Part shown: in pieces, positions 31,113 to 40,540 of the stretch
Position numbering within the stretch: the stretch's first letter is position 1
How the letters are laid out: the number at the start of each line of letters is the position of its first letter
NCBI GenBank assembly: GCA_016292035.1
Contig: JAEEZR010000019.1
Coordinates: 1 to 60,102 of the forward strand
DNA from: Bacillales bacterium
Lineage (GTDB): Bacteria > Bacillota_I > Bacilli_A > RF39 > UBA660
Direction: 5' to 3'
Length of the DNA stretch: 60,102 nucleotides
The notes under the pieces: model-generated
Seen by the model: only the letters and a program-made list of their open reading frames with translations
Told to the model about the DNA's origin: nothing
Databases searched by the model: none
Program-made: the position numbers and the translations under genes

Positions 31113-32321
31113 TTAGTTTCCACCTTCACCATTTTCGTTTCCAGTGTTAGTGTTTCCACCTTCACCTTCGCCTTCACCATTATCTGGATTAGTAGTAGTG
31201 CTTTCATCCTTTTTAAGTTTAACTGTACATACAGTATCTTTAGTAACACCGCTAATTGTAATAGTACCACTAGCATGAATGATTCTAACATTTTCATCAT
31301 TACATGTTAATTCAGGATTAGTTAAAAGATATCCATCATTCTTACTTATACCAAATGTAACTACACCATTATTAGTGGTTTCTTTAACATTAGGTGTTTC
31401 AGAATTATCAACATTTATTACAGTACCATTTTCAACATTTAATGTAACTTTGTTCTTACTAATAGTAAAGCTTATAGTACAAACAGTATCATTTGTTAAT
31501 GATCTAATTGTAAATGAACCATTATTATAAGTACCAGTTTGACCATTAGTACAATCAATAGTAGGTCTGCCATAATTCTCAGAAGGTACAACTGCAAATG
31601 TAAGAGATTCTCCATAGTTAGCCTTCTTATTTTCATCTTTACTATCAATATTACCATTTTGAACTTTAACTTGAGCAGTAAATGCACTCACTGCAAATGA
31701 AACAGTACATTCTGAATCTTTTGGAGCACTTTTAATTGTTAAAATATTCTTTTCTGCATCATAACTAGCCTCAGTTCTATTAGAACAATCATGACTAGCA
31801 TACTTATAACCAGCTGTTGGTTTTAAATTTACTTTTGTTTCTAAATCTTTTTCAACTTTAACAATCTCATTATCGGCATTATCTTTAAGTGTAGCATTAA
31901 CACCAATTACTTTAACCTCATGAGTATTTTTAATAAAGTATAATCTACAAGTGGCATCAGCAGTTAATACAGGAGTAAACTTCCATTCTTCATCATTCCA
32001 TGTACCTTTTACTTCATTAGAACAAGAATATTTATCAAAACTATAAAGTCTCTTACTCTCGCTAGCGCCTTCAAAGTTTTCACTATCTGTTTTTTCTTTT
32101 TCATCTTTTACTTCTTCTTCAACTTCAATACCGTCTAAATAATATTTATAATTAACGTTGTATTCTTTAGTTTTACCACCATTATTGTCGTTATTATTAC
32201 CAGAACCTGGATCATTAGATTTAGTAGTTAAACTCCTTGAATACCCTAAGCCACCGGCTGCTAAACATCCAACAATAAGTATAACCAATAAATACATTAT
32301 CACCTTTGAATTATTTTTCAT
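31113..32321 (-). CDS. Surface protein with Cys-paired InlB B-repeat-like beta domains
   Basis: N-terminal TM; 3-4 repeats ending C-[TR]-[VIL]-x-[FL]; Gly/Asn/Glu-rich tail. Confidence 0.65.
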   Translation of the reverse strand: MKNNSKVIMYLLVILIVGCLAAGGLGYSRSLTTKSNDPGSGNNNDNNGGKTKEYNVNYKYYLDGIEVEEEVKDEKEKTDSENFEGASESKRLYSFDKYSCSNEVKGTWNDEEWKFTPVLTADATCRLYFIKNTHEVKVIGVNATLKDNADNEIVKVEKDLETKVNLKPTAGYKYASHDCSNRTEASYDAEKNILTIKSAPKDSECTVSFAVSAFTAQVKVQNGNIDSKDENKKANYGESLTFAVVPSENYGRPTIDCTNGQTGTYNNGSFTIRSLTNDTVCTISFTISKNKVTLNVENGTVINVDNSETPNVKETTNNGVVTFGISKNDGYLLTNPELTCNDENVRIIHASGTITISGVTKDTVCTVKLKKDESTTTNPDNGEGEGEGGNTNTGNENGEGGN

Positions 32322-32451
32322 TATATACTTAATTCCTCCAATTTATTCTTATCTATGTTACGTAATAATTTTATAAAATTACTGCTTATTTGTCAATATT
32401 AAGCATATTAACAAAATATAAGTAAAATTATGAAAAAATATTAATAAATGC

Positions 32452-32480
32452 TTGATTTTATAGGTACTATTTAGTATAAT
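32452..32480 (+). promoter_or_regulatory. Sigma-A promoter of rplM-rpsI
   Basis: TTGATT-N17-TATAAT. Confidence 0.7.
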
Positions 32481-32561
32481 CTTACTCGGTACATTTAAAT
32501 TGTCCCTGTATATCTAATGTGGGAAGTTATATATATAAGGATAAAGAAGGAGAAAAAAATA

Positions 32562-32990
32562 ATGAAAACATTTATGTTAAGAAAAGAAGATGTAAATGCA
32601 AAATGGTATCTAATTGATGCCGAAGGACAAACTTTAGGTAAGGTTGCTACAAAAGCAGCACATATCTTACGTGGTAAACACAAAGTAACTTATACTCCAT
32701 ATGTAGACTGTGGAGATGCAGTAGTTATTATCAACGCTGGTAAAGTAGTTTTAACAGGTGATAAACTAAACAAAAAAGTATACTATAATCATAGTGGATT
32801 CCCAGGAGGACTTAGAGAAAGAACTGCTAAGACAATGCTAAATGAGTATCCAGTAGAAATGGTTGAAAGAGCTATCAAAGGAATGCTTCCAAAAAATAGA
32901 CTAGGAAGACAAATGTATAGAAAGCTATTCGTATATGAAAATACTGATCATAAACATGAAGCTCAAAAACCTGAAAAGATTGAGTTATAG
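32562..32990 (+). CDS. rplM: 50S ribosomal protein L13
   Basis: [38 protein letters not shown]; RBS AAGGAG. Confidence 0.98.
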   Translation: MKTFMLRKEDVNAKWYLIDAEGQTLGKVATKAAHILRGKHKVTYTPYVDCGDAVVIINAGKVVLTGDKLNKKVYYNHSGFPGGLRERTAKTMLNEYPVEMVERAIKGMLPKNRLGRQMYRKLFVYENTDHKHEAQKPEKIEL

Positions 32991-33001
32991 GAGGTTAAGT
33001 A

Positions 33002-33403
33002 ATGGCAAAAGACGCAAAGACTTTTCAAGCAACAGGTAGAAGAAAAAGAAGTGTTGCTAAAGTAACTTTAACTAGTGGTAAAGGAAACATTACAGTAAAC
33101 GGAATGGATGTTAATGATTACATGCCATTTGATACACTAGTAATGGATTTAAAACAACCATTAACACTTACAGGAACTGAAAAAGATTTCGATATCGACG
33201 TAGTAGTTGAAGGTGGAGGTTTCTCAGGACAAACTGGAGCTATTAGACTTGGTATTGCAAGAGCTCTTCTAGAAGTAAACTCTGAAGGTTATAGAGCTAC
33301 ACTTAAAGGTGCAGGAATGATCACAAGAGATTCTAGAATTAAAGAACGTAAGAAATATGGTCTTAAGAAAGCAAGACGTGCACCACAATTCAGTAAGAGA
33401 TAA
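33002..33403 (+). CDS. rpsI: 30S ribosomal protein S9
   Basis: [35 protein letters not shown]. Confidence 0.98.
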   Translation: MAKDAKTFQATGRRKRSVAKVTLTSGKGNITVNGMDVNDYMPFDTLVMDLKQPLTLTGTEKDFDIDVVVEGGGFSGQTGAIRLGIARALLEVNSEGYRATLKGAGMITRDSRIKERKKYGLKKARRAPQFSKR

Positions 33404-33406
33404 TAT

Positions 33407-33434
33407 AAAAGAACTGATTTACTCAGTTCTTTTT
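33407..33434 (+). repeat. 28-bp direct repeat, copy 1 (rpsI terminator hairpin)
   Basis: AAAAGAACTGATTTACTCAGTTCTTTTT is identical to 34557..34584. Confidence 0.95.
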
Positions 33435-33515
33435 TACGTAAATAATTATTAAAAACATAAGAACTATTTACCATAGGAACGTTTTATTATATACTGTGAT
33501 TGGAAAGGAGTAGTA

Positions 33516-34547
33516 ATGAAAAAACATTTATACATAGCACTAATTATAATGTCTTTGATACTACTTACAGGATGTAATCCGGGATTAAAGAGTATATTTA
33601 TACAAGGTAGTGGTCAAATAGCAGTAGGTGACACGGCAACACTTACCATAGATAATAAGCCTATAAAATCAATCGTTAGAGAATTGATTTGGGAATCAAG
33701 CAATGAAGAAGTTGCTAAAGTAGAAAATGGGGTAGTAACTGGAATAAGTGAAGGAAATGTAACTATTACAGCTACGGCTAATGGTAAAATAAAAGCAACA
33801 AAAAGCATTAATATATACATGCCTATTGAAAGTATTAGTATGGAAGCGCAAGAATTAAAACTAAGTTTTAATGAAGAAAAAGCAATAAAAGTTATAGTTG
33901 AACCTAGTAATGGATCATACAAATTAATAAATAGTTCACCTGATATAGTATCACTATCTACTGAAGGGAAAGTATCGGCAAATAAATATGGAAGAACTAG
34001 AATAGTAGCACAAGGTATGGATGGCAAGAATGCCTCATGTGACGTAGTAGTCACAACCACTGTTCCAAACTTTAATACCATGACAGAAACAAATGCAAAA
34101 AAATGGGGAGAAAATAACAAAGTCAAAATTGACACTAGTTCTGAGTACTCTGATGCAGTAGGCAAAGGGAAAATTATTAGTCAAAGCATTGCTCCAAACA
34201 CCGAGATAACTGATGAAGGTGCTTCAATTAAAATAATATATTCATTGGGACATAAAGCTACTTTAGGAGAAAGTAATGCATTAAAAAGTGCCAATCAATA
34301 TTTAAGAGCAATGGCTTTCTCTGCGAAAGGATTAAAAAAACAACTTGAATATGAAGGATATACAAGTGCTGAAGCTCAATATGGAGTTGACAACTGTGGC
34401 GCAGATTGGAATGCACAAGCAGCAAAATCAGCGAGTCAATACCTAAGGGTAATGTCGTTTTCAAGAAAGAGTTTATTAGATCAATTATTATATGAAGGAT
34501 TTACATATGCACAAGCAGAGTACGGAGTTTCTTCTGTTGGATACTAA
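33516..34547 (+). CDS. Lipoprotein with two Ig-like (Big_2) domains, a PASTA domain and two Ltp (host-cell-surface-exposed lipoprotein) repeats
   Basis: Lipobox LLTGC; WESSNEEVAKVENGVVTG; VPNF...EYSDAVGKGKIISQSIAP; NALKSANQYL...FSAKGLKKQLEYEGYTSAEAQYGVD repeated twice. Confidence 0.88.
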   Translation: MKKHLYIALIIMSLILLTGCNPGLKSIFIQGSGQIAVGDTATLTIDNKPIKSIVRELIWESSNEEVAKVENGVVTGISEGNVTITATANGKIKATKSINIYMPIESISMEAQELKLSFNEEKAIKVIVEPSNGSYKLINSSPDIVSLSTEGKVSANKYGRTRIVAQGMDGKNASCDVVVTTTVPNFNTMTETNAKKWGENNKVKIDTSSEYSDAVGKGKIISQSIAPNTEITDEGASIKIIYSLGHKATLGESNALKSANQYLRAMAFSAKGLKKQLEYEGYTSAEAQYGVDNCGADWNAQAAKSASQYLRVMSFSRKSLLDQLLYEGFTYAQAEYGVSSVGY

Positions 34548-34556
34548 TTATCTATA

Positions 34557-34584
34557 AAAAGAACTGATTTACTCAGTTCTTTTT
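34557..34584 (+). repeat. 28-bp direct repeat, copy 2 (terminator after the Ltp gene)
   Basis: Identical to 33407..33434, 1150 bp downstream. Confidence 0.95.
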
Positions 34585-34633
34585 CATGTTATAATGTTTT
34601 TAGTAAGAAAAAGAAAAATATAAGGAGAAAATT

Positions 34634-34932
34634 ATGGAAAAGATGAACTTACTGCTGAACTAACAGTAAATCATTATCAAAAAAACTATGCAGATAGAAA
34701 TGATAATTTAGTTAATAGAAAAGTAACTACCGTTTATTATGTTGGTGAATTTAAAGGAATAGATTATAATAAAATAAAAAGAACTGCAAATGAAATAAAA
34801 TCCAATTTCTATGTAGAATTAGTTACATTAAAAGAATTATTTGAACTATTAAACCAAAAATCAGAAAACCCAAGAAAAGAATTCTTTGATAATGAACTAG
34901 GAGAAGTAATTAGAACATTAAAAATAAGATAA
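34634..34932 (+). pseudogene. Frameshifted hypothetical gene (pseudogene, sequencing indel or -1 recoded gene)
   Basis: RBS AAGGAG and ATG GAA AAG stop after 9 codons; the -1 frame is open from 34636 to TAA at 34930..34932 (98 codons) with no start codon; own -10 box and terminator. Confidence 0.65.
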
Positions 34933-35140
34933 ACCACTTTTGTGGTTTTTTTAATATTCATTTAATATTTATGTTTTATATTATATACAGGAGATGGAAA
35001 AAATGGAAAATGAAAAAAAGAAAAAGAAATAAGTATAATCCTAAACTAAAATGAGGTGATAAATAAAAAAAGCAAAAGGAGATATAAATCTGCTTTTTTA
35101 TTTTAAAAAAACATCATTTATGATAAAATTAATGCATAAT

Positions 35141-35191
35141 GTTAACCATGGTTGACAAATTTCAAATGTTAATTGGTAGTGCGCAACCAAT
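35141..35191. promoter_or_regulatory. Palindromic operator candidates upstream of the XRE regulator
   Basis: GTTAACCATGGTTGAC (35141..35156) and ATTGGT-N8-ACCAAT (35172..35191). Confidence 0.45.
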
Positions 35192-35226
35192 ATTTTTGCT
35201 AATATTTTAGGCGAGGTGAAGGAAAA

Positions 35227-35850
35227 ATGAAAATTAATGAAAAAATATATTCATTAAGAAAAGAGAAAGGTTTGTCACAAGAAGAATTAGCTAATGAGCT
35301 AAATGTATCAAGACAGACTGTATCTAAATGGGAGACAGGAGAAAGTAATCCTGACTTCGATAAAATAGTTCCTCTATGTGAACTATTTGGAATTACAACA
35401 GAAGAGTTACTAAGAGACAGAAAGATAGAAGGCTTAGAAGAAGAAAAGCCAAACAAAAAGAAAGCATTATTAATAACTATAAGTGTAATAATGTACTTCC
35501 TAGCAATATCTTTCATAGTATTTGGTGAAGAAACACTAAATTTAAATGATGGAATATTAGTATCAGGATTTCTAATGCTAATAGCTATAGCTACAGGATT
35601 ATTAATATATACATGCATGACTATGCCTAGTCCAAAGAAAGAAGAAAGAGAAGAAGAAAAGAATCCACTATCAAATGCAATAATAGGATGCTTAGCTCTA
35701 GTAGCTTTAGCAGCATATCTATTAATAAGCTTTGCTACAGGAGCATGGCATATATCATGGATTATATGGTTAATATATGCACTAGTAGCTAGAATAATAA
35801 AATTAGCATTCACATTAAAAGGAAGTGATAATAATGAAAAGCAAAACTAA
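35227..35850 (+). CDS. XRE-family HTH regulator with C-terminal membrane domain
   Basis: LRKEKGLSQEELANELNVSRQTVSKWETG plus 4 TM helices. Confidence 0.92.
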   Translation: MKINEKIYSLRKEKGLSQEELANELNVSRQTVSKWETGESNPDFDKIVPLCELFGITTEELLRDRKIEGLEEEKPNKKKALLITISVIMYFLAISFIVFGEETLNLNDGILVSGFLMLIAIATGLLIYTCMTMPSPKKEEREEEKNPLSNAIIGCLALVALAAYLLISFATGAWHISWIIWLIYALVARIIKLAFTLKGSDNNEKQN

Positions 35851-36661
35851 TGCAGTAGTAGCCATAGTAATCTTATCACTAGTGGCAATAAGTTTAACAA
35901 TATGTTTTTCAAAAATGCTAAAAGGAGATATGAATTTTGATATGTTTAACTTTAATAGTCAAATGGAAAAAATAGATAGTATTGAAAAAGAATTAGATGA
36001 AGTAAATGAAATTAACTTAGATATACTAAGTACAGATGTAATAATTAAAGAAGGAGATAAAATATCTTTAGAATACTTTAGTAATCAAGAAAACAATGGA
36101 AAAATAGAATACGATAATAAAGTAATATCACTAAATGAAACAAGCGCAGACACTAGATGCATTGGAATATGTAATGTAAGAAGAAAAATAATAGTTTATT
36201 TACCAAAAGAATATAAAGGTGAACTAATTATCGAAGCAAAAAGTGGTGATATAGAATCACTTATTGACCTAGAAAAAGCTAAAATAAGTACCATGAGTGG
36301 TGATCTAGAACTAAATAATGTAAAAAATGCGCAAATAAAAACAATGAGTGGAGATGTAGAACTAGGTAGTAGTGAAACAACAATAATAAATACAATGAGT
36401 GGAGACGTAGATGTAGAAGAAGTGACTAAAAGCCTAGAAATAAAAACATCAAGCGGTGATATAACAGTAAATAAAATAAGTATAAATGAATCATCAAGTA
36501 TTAATACATCGAGCGGAGACGTAGTAGTGCATAATAATAATTCAAATTGCTATGTAGATACTAAAACATCAAGTGGAGATGTAAAAATAAAAAAGAGTGA
36601 TAGAAAAAGTGATATAGTATTAACTATAGAAACATCTTCAGGAGATATTAGAGTTAACTAA
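35834..36661 (+). CDS. DUF4097 beta-strand repeat protein (adhesin-like)
   Basis: N-terminal TM; repeated T[MS]SGD[VIL] motifs. Confidence 0.88.
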   Translation: MKSKTNAVVAIVILSLVAISLTICFSKMLKGDMNFDMFNFNSQMEKIDSIEKELDEVNEINLDILSTDVIIKEGDKISLEYFSNQENNGKIEYDNKVISLNETSADTRCIGICNVRRKIIVYLPKEYKGELIIEAKSGDIESLIDLEKAKISTMSGDLELNNVKNAQIKTMSGDVELGSSETTIINTMSGDVDVEEVTKSLEIKTSSGDITVNKISINESSSINTSSGDVVVHNNNSNCYVDTKTSSGDVKIKKSDRKSDIVLTIETSSGDIRVN

Positions 36662-36698
36662 TATCTCTTTTTTTGTTATAATGTTTCTAGGTGATAAC

Positions 36699-37094
36699 AT
36701 GAAAATATCTACAAAAGGAAGATATGCTCTAAGAGTAATGATAGATATAGCTCAAAATGAAAAAAATGGATATGTTTCTATAAGTGAGATATCTAAAAGA
36801 CAAGATATATCAAACAAGTACTTAGAACAAATTGTATCAAAATTATTAAAATCTAAAATGTTAATAGCCATAAGAGGACACCAAGGTGGATATAAATTAT
36901 CTAGGAAAGCAAGTGAATATAAAGTAGGAGAAATATTAAGAGTATTAGAAGGAGAATTGAACACAATGAACTGTACTCATGGATTTAACTGCCCTAGAAA
37001 AAATGAATGCTCTTCATATTGCTTTTGGGAAGGACTAGATAGTGCCATCAATAACTATGCAGATTCATATACATTAGAAGATCTACTCAAGTAG
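36699..37094 (+). CDS. iscR: Rrf2-family regulator, IscR-like
   Basis: MKISTKGRYALR, YLEQI, RGHQGGY, three Fe-S-ligand-like Cys (C-x5-C-x5-C); upstream of iscS-iscU. Confidence 0.85.
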   Translation: MKISTKGRYALRVMIDIAQNEKNGYVSISEISKRQDISNKYLEQIVSKLLKSKMLIAIRGHQGGYKLSRKASEYKVGEILRVLEGELNTMNCTHGFNCPRKNECSSYCFWEGLDSAINNYADSYTLEDLLK

Positions 37095-37113
37095 ATCTTT
37101 TTTTATTATTTTC

Positions 37114-37150
37114 AAATCCTATTGAAATAGTAGGAAATAAATGCTAATAT
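37114..37150 (+). promoter_or_regulatory. iscS promoter with overlapping IscR-type operator
   Basis: AAATCCTATTGAAATAGTAGGAAAT imperfect palindrome over the TTGAAA -35 box; TG-n-TAATAT -10 box 17 nt later. Confidence 0.6.
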
Positions 37151-37171
37151 ATTGATGAAATGGAGGAAATA

Positions 37172-38350
37172 ATGAATTATATATATTTTGACAACGCAGC
37201 AACAACAAAATTAGATGATAAAGTATTAGAAGAAATGCTTCCATATTTAAAAGAAAACTATGGAAACGCTTCTGCTATATATAAACTAGGAAAGGCTTCT
37301 CATATAAAAGTAGAAGAAGCAAGAGAAAGAATAGCTAACATCTTTAATGCAAAAAAAGATGAAATCTACTTCACTGCAGGCGCTAGTGAAAGTGATAACC
37401 TAGCTATAAAAGGAATAGCTTATGCAAATAAAAGTAAAGGTAAGCATATTATCACTTCTAAAATTGAACATCCCGCAGTACTAGAAACTTGCAAAGAGCT
37501 AGAAAAAGAAGGATATGAAGTAACATATTTAAATGTTGATAGTAATGGACTTGTAAGCACAGATGAACTTAAAAAAGAAATAAGAGAAGATACTATTCTA
37601 ATAACAATCATGTATGCTAATAATGAAATAGGCACTATTGAACCTATTAAAGAAATAGGTGCTATTGCTAAAGAAAATAATATTATTTTCCATACTGATG
37701 CTACTCAAGCAGTAGGAACTATTAAAATAGATGTAGAAGATTTAAACATTGATAGTATGTCCTTATCAGCTCATAAATTCTATGGCCCTAAAGGAATAGG
37801 CGCTCTATATATGAGAAAAGGAGTAAGATTTAACCCTATAATTAATGGAGGGCATCAAGAAAAAGGTAAAAGAGCAGGTACTCTTAACACTCCTGGAATA
37901 ATTGGAATGGCAAAAGCTCTAGAATTATCTTACGAAGATTTAGAAGAAAAGAATAAAAAAATAAAAGAACTAAGAGACTATTACTTTGAAAAAGTAAAAG
38001 AAAAAATACCATATATAAAAATAAATGGGGACTTAGAAAAAAGACTAGTAGGAAACGCTAATATATCATTTAGATTTATAGAAGGAGAAGGACTTTTATT
38101 AAATCTTGATAATAAAGGAATATGTGCATCTAGTGGAAGTGCATGTACTTCAGGATCTTTAGATCCATCACATGTACTACTTGCAATTGGACTTCCTCAT
38201 GAAATAGCTCATGGTTCCCTTAGAATATCAATAGGAAAATATAATACAAAAGAAGAAGTAGACTACCTTATAGAAAACTTAGTAGAGATAGTAGAAAGAC
38301 TAAGAAACATGTCACCACTATATGAAGACTTTATAAAGGAGGAAAAATAA
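37172..38350 (+). CDS. iscS: Cysteine desulfurase IscS/NifS
   Basis: YFDNAATT, HTDATQ, SAHKFYGPKG, SSGSACTSGSLDPSHVL. Confidence 0.96.
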   Translation: MNYIYFDNAATTKLDDKVLEEMLPYLKENYGNASAIYKLGKASHIKVEEARERIANIFNAKKDEIYFTAGASESDNLAIKGIAYANKSKGKHIITSKIEHPAVLETCKELEKEGYEVTYLNVDSNGLVSTDELKKEIREDTILITIMYANNEIGTIEPIKEIGAIAKENNIIFHTDATQAVGTIKIDVEDLNIDSMSLSAHKFYGPKGIGALYMRKGVRFNPIINGGHQEKGKRAGTLNTPGIIGMAKALELSYEDLEEKNKKIKELRDYYFEKVKEKIPYIKINGDLEKRLVGNANISFRFIEGEGLLLNLDNKGICASSGSACTSGSLDPSHVLLAIGLPHEIAHGSLRISIGKYNTKEEVDYLIENLVEIVERLRNMSPLYEDFIKEEK

Positions 38351-38802
38351 TGGATTATTCAGATAAAGTAATAGATCACTACACTAATCCTAGAAATGTA
38401 GGTGAAATAGAAAATGCTTCTGGAATAGGTACAGTAGGAAACCCAGTATGCGGAGATATAATGAAAATATATCTAAAAATAGAAAATGGTGTAATAACAG
38501 ATGTTAAATTCAAAACATTTGGCTGTGGAGCCGCAATAGCGTCAAGTAGTATATCTACTGAACTTATAAAAGGACAAACAGTTGAAAAGGCATTGGAACT
38601 TAAAAATGGAGATGTAGTAGAACAGTTAGATGGTCTTCCCCCTGTAAAAATGCATTGCTCACTTTTAGCAGAACAAGCTATCCATGAAGCAATAGCGGAC
38701 TACTATAGAAAAGAAGGAAAACTAACTGAAGAAGAAATAATAGAAAAATGTAAACTAAAAAATAACCATAATGCTTGCCCTCATCAAATAGATTCATTAT
38801 AA
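38350..38802 (+). CDS. iscU: Fe-S cluster scaffold IscU/NifU
   Basis: NPRNVG, GNPVCGD, FKTFGCGAAIA, LPPVKMHCS. Confidence 0.96.
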   Translation: MDYSDKVIDHYTNPRNVGEIENASGIGTVGNPVCGDIMKIYLKIENGVITDVKFKTFGCGAAIASSSISTELIKGQTVEKALELKNGDVVEQLDGLPPVKMHCSLLAEQAIHEAIADYYRKEGKLTEEEIIEKCKLKNNHNACPHQIDSL

Positions 38803-38819
38803 TAAATCTAGGTGATAAT

Positions 38820-39212
38820 ATGAAAGAAGTATATGATTATTTAAAAGAAGTGGGAGTATTTTATCTAGCAACAATAGATAATGATAAACCTAGAGTTAGA
38901 CCTTTCGGAGCAGTTAATATTTATAATGATAAACTATATTTAATAACAGGTAAATCTAAAAATGTATCTAAACAAATAGAAAAAAATAATAATGTAGAAA
39001 TAAGCGCTATGAAAGAAGGAACATGGATTAGAATAGAAACTAAACTAATAAGAGATGAAAGCATAGAAGCTAAAGAAAGTATGCTAGAAGCTAATCCAAA
39101 TCTAAGAAGTATGTATAACTCAAAAGACGATAACATGGAAGTGTTATACATGGAAAATACTAAAGCTACTATTTCTTCATTTACTAGTGAACCAAAAGTA
39201 ATCGAGTTTTAA
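38820..39212 (+). CDS. Pyridoxamine 5'-phosphate oxidase-like FMN-binding protein
   Basis: FYLATIDNDKPRVRPFG, KNVSKQIEKNNNVEI. Confidence 0.85.
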   Translation: MKEVYDYLKEVGVFYLATIDNDKPRVRPFGAVNIYNDKLYLITGKSKNVSKQIEKNNNVEISAMKEGTWIRIETKLIRDESIEAKESMLEANPNLRSMYNSKDDNMEVLYMENTKATISSFTSEPKVIEF

Positions 39213-39233
39213 AAAAGCAAAATAGTTATTAAA

Positions 39234-39827
39234 CTATTTTGCTTTTTCTTCGCTTCTACTAAGTAAGCTAGTAACTTCTTCTTCTAGTTCAGGATGCTCT
39301 GCAATAAAATATTGCATCTTTTCTTCAAGTGACTTTCTTTCTTTATCTATTTTCAATTTTTCTTTGATACTTGAAGTAATTCTGCTAACAATACCCATTC
39401 CCATGCCGGCAGTTACGAGCAGTCCTGGAGTAATCTTCTCAGCATATTCTTTTAAGAAAGATAAATCTAAGTTTTTATAAAGTGGTATAGATGTAATAAA
39501 ATTATTTAAACTATCTATCATTGTTCCTAAATCCATAGATTTAACAGCTTCTGGGTTATTAAAAATCATAACGCCCATTCCTATAGCAAGTGCACTTGAA
39601 ATAATAATATTACTAACAAATTTAACATTATGTTTCTTATATTCTTTATCAATATTCTTAATTTCAAGTCTAGTATATTTATATGTATCTACTTCTATAG
39701 GAGCAGACTTATCTCTATTTTCATAATCTCTCTTATCTTTAAGTTCATTAGTAACTCCTTCAAGAAGATTAATTACTTTATCAATATTTTTATTTTCTTC
39801 TTTAGATGCAATCATTTCATTATTCAT
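39234..39827 (-). CDS. Hypothetical membrane-associated protein
   Basis: Two hydrophobic segments flanked by coiled-coil-like regions; RBS GAGGGGTG. Confidence 0.7.
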   Translation of the reverse strand: MNNEMIASKEENKNIDKVINLLEGVTNELKDKRDYENRDKSAPIEVDTYKYTRLEIKNIDKEYKKHNVKFVSNIIISSALAIGMGVMIFNNPEAVKSMDLGTMIDSLNNFITSIPLYKNLDLSFLKEYAEKITPGLLVTAGMGMGIVSRITSSIKEKLKIDKERKSLEEKMQYFIAEHPELEEEVTSLLSRSEEKAK

Positions 39828-40038
39828 TGACTTCACCCCTCATCATTAATAAATTTTTAACAAGACTTTCATCTTCTATCTTTAATAATTCATTATTAGT
39901 ATATACACAAAAGATAATATCCTCCATGTTATCTATATTAGTAAGAGATAAATAATCTTTACCATCATAGTTTATAACTGAGCAAACTAAATACCTCTTA
40001 TCATCACTAAGTGTTATTAAATCTCCTAATTCAACCAT
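39820..40038 (-). CDS. Small hypothetical protein
   Basis: RBS GGAGGT before ATG 40038; overlaps the start of the next gene. Confidence 0.7.
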   Translation of the reverse strand: MVELGDLITLSDDKRYLVCSVINYDGKDYLSLTNIDNMEDIIFCVYTNNELLKIEDESLVKNLLMMRGEVNE

Positions 40039-40104
40039 ACTATATACCTCCATATAATAATTATAGCATAACATTTATAAGGAATAACAAAAAAGAAATA
40101 GTAG

Positions 40105-40153
40105 TTGACAAAGTAATAACATAGATGTATCATTGTATTATGCAAGTGATACA
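40105..40153 (+). promoter_or_regulatory. Promoter and inverted-repeat operator of the GntR/YtrA operon
   Basis: TTGACA-N17-TATCAT; TGTATCA(40126)...TGATACA(40153) inverted repeat covers the -10 box. Confidence 0.7.
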
Positions 40154-40174
40154 ATGCATAGAAAGGATAAAGCT

Positions 40175-40540
40175 ATGAATTTTAGTTTTGATAATGAAAG
40201 ACCAATATATGTACAATTAGCTAATATGATAAAAGTATCTATTTGCAATGGTACATATGAAAGTGGAAGTAAATTACCATCAGTTAGAGATCTCGCTTTA
40301 TCAGCAAAAGTAAATCCTAATACTCTTCAAAAAGCGCTTTTTGAACTAGAGGAAGAAGGACTTATCTTTACTGAAAGAACTAATGGTAAATTTGTAACTA
40401 CTGATAAAAAAATAATAGAAAAAACTAAAAATGAATTAGCTAAATCTATATCAGAAAACTTTAAAAAAGAAATGAACAATATAGGTTTATCCTTAGAAGA
40501 AGCAATATTATACTTGCAAAACTTAGGAGGTAAAAAATGA
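40175..40540 (+). CDS. GntR-family regulator, YtrA subfamily
   Basis: RPIYVQL, KLPSVRDLA, VNPNTLQKA, ERTNGKFVT; precedes ABC genes. Confidence 0.92.
   Translation: MNFSFDNERPIYVQLANMIKVSICNGTYESGSKLPSVRDLALSAKVNPNTLQKALFELEEEGLIFTERTNGKFVTTDKKIIEKTKNELAKSISENFKKEMNNIGLSLEEAILYLQNLGGKK

Noticed and set aside
32481-32561. Ribosomal protein L13 leader RNA
   Set aside because: Position is plausible but I could not derive a convincing conserved structure by eye; needs a covariance model search.
33516-35850. Prophage remnant (Ltp gene plus XRE repressor)
   Set aside because: The XRE protein is membrane-bound and coupled to a DUF4097 gene, a common chromosomal pair; no integrase or phage structural genes are present.
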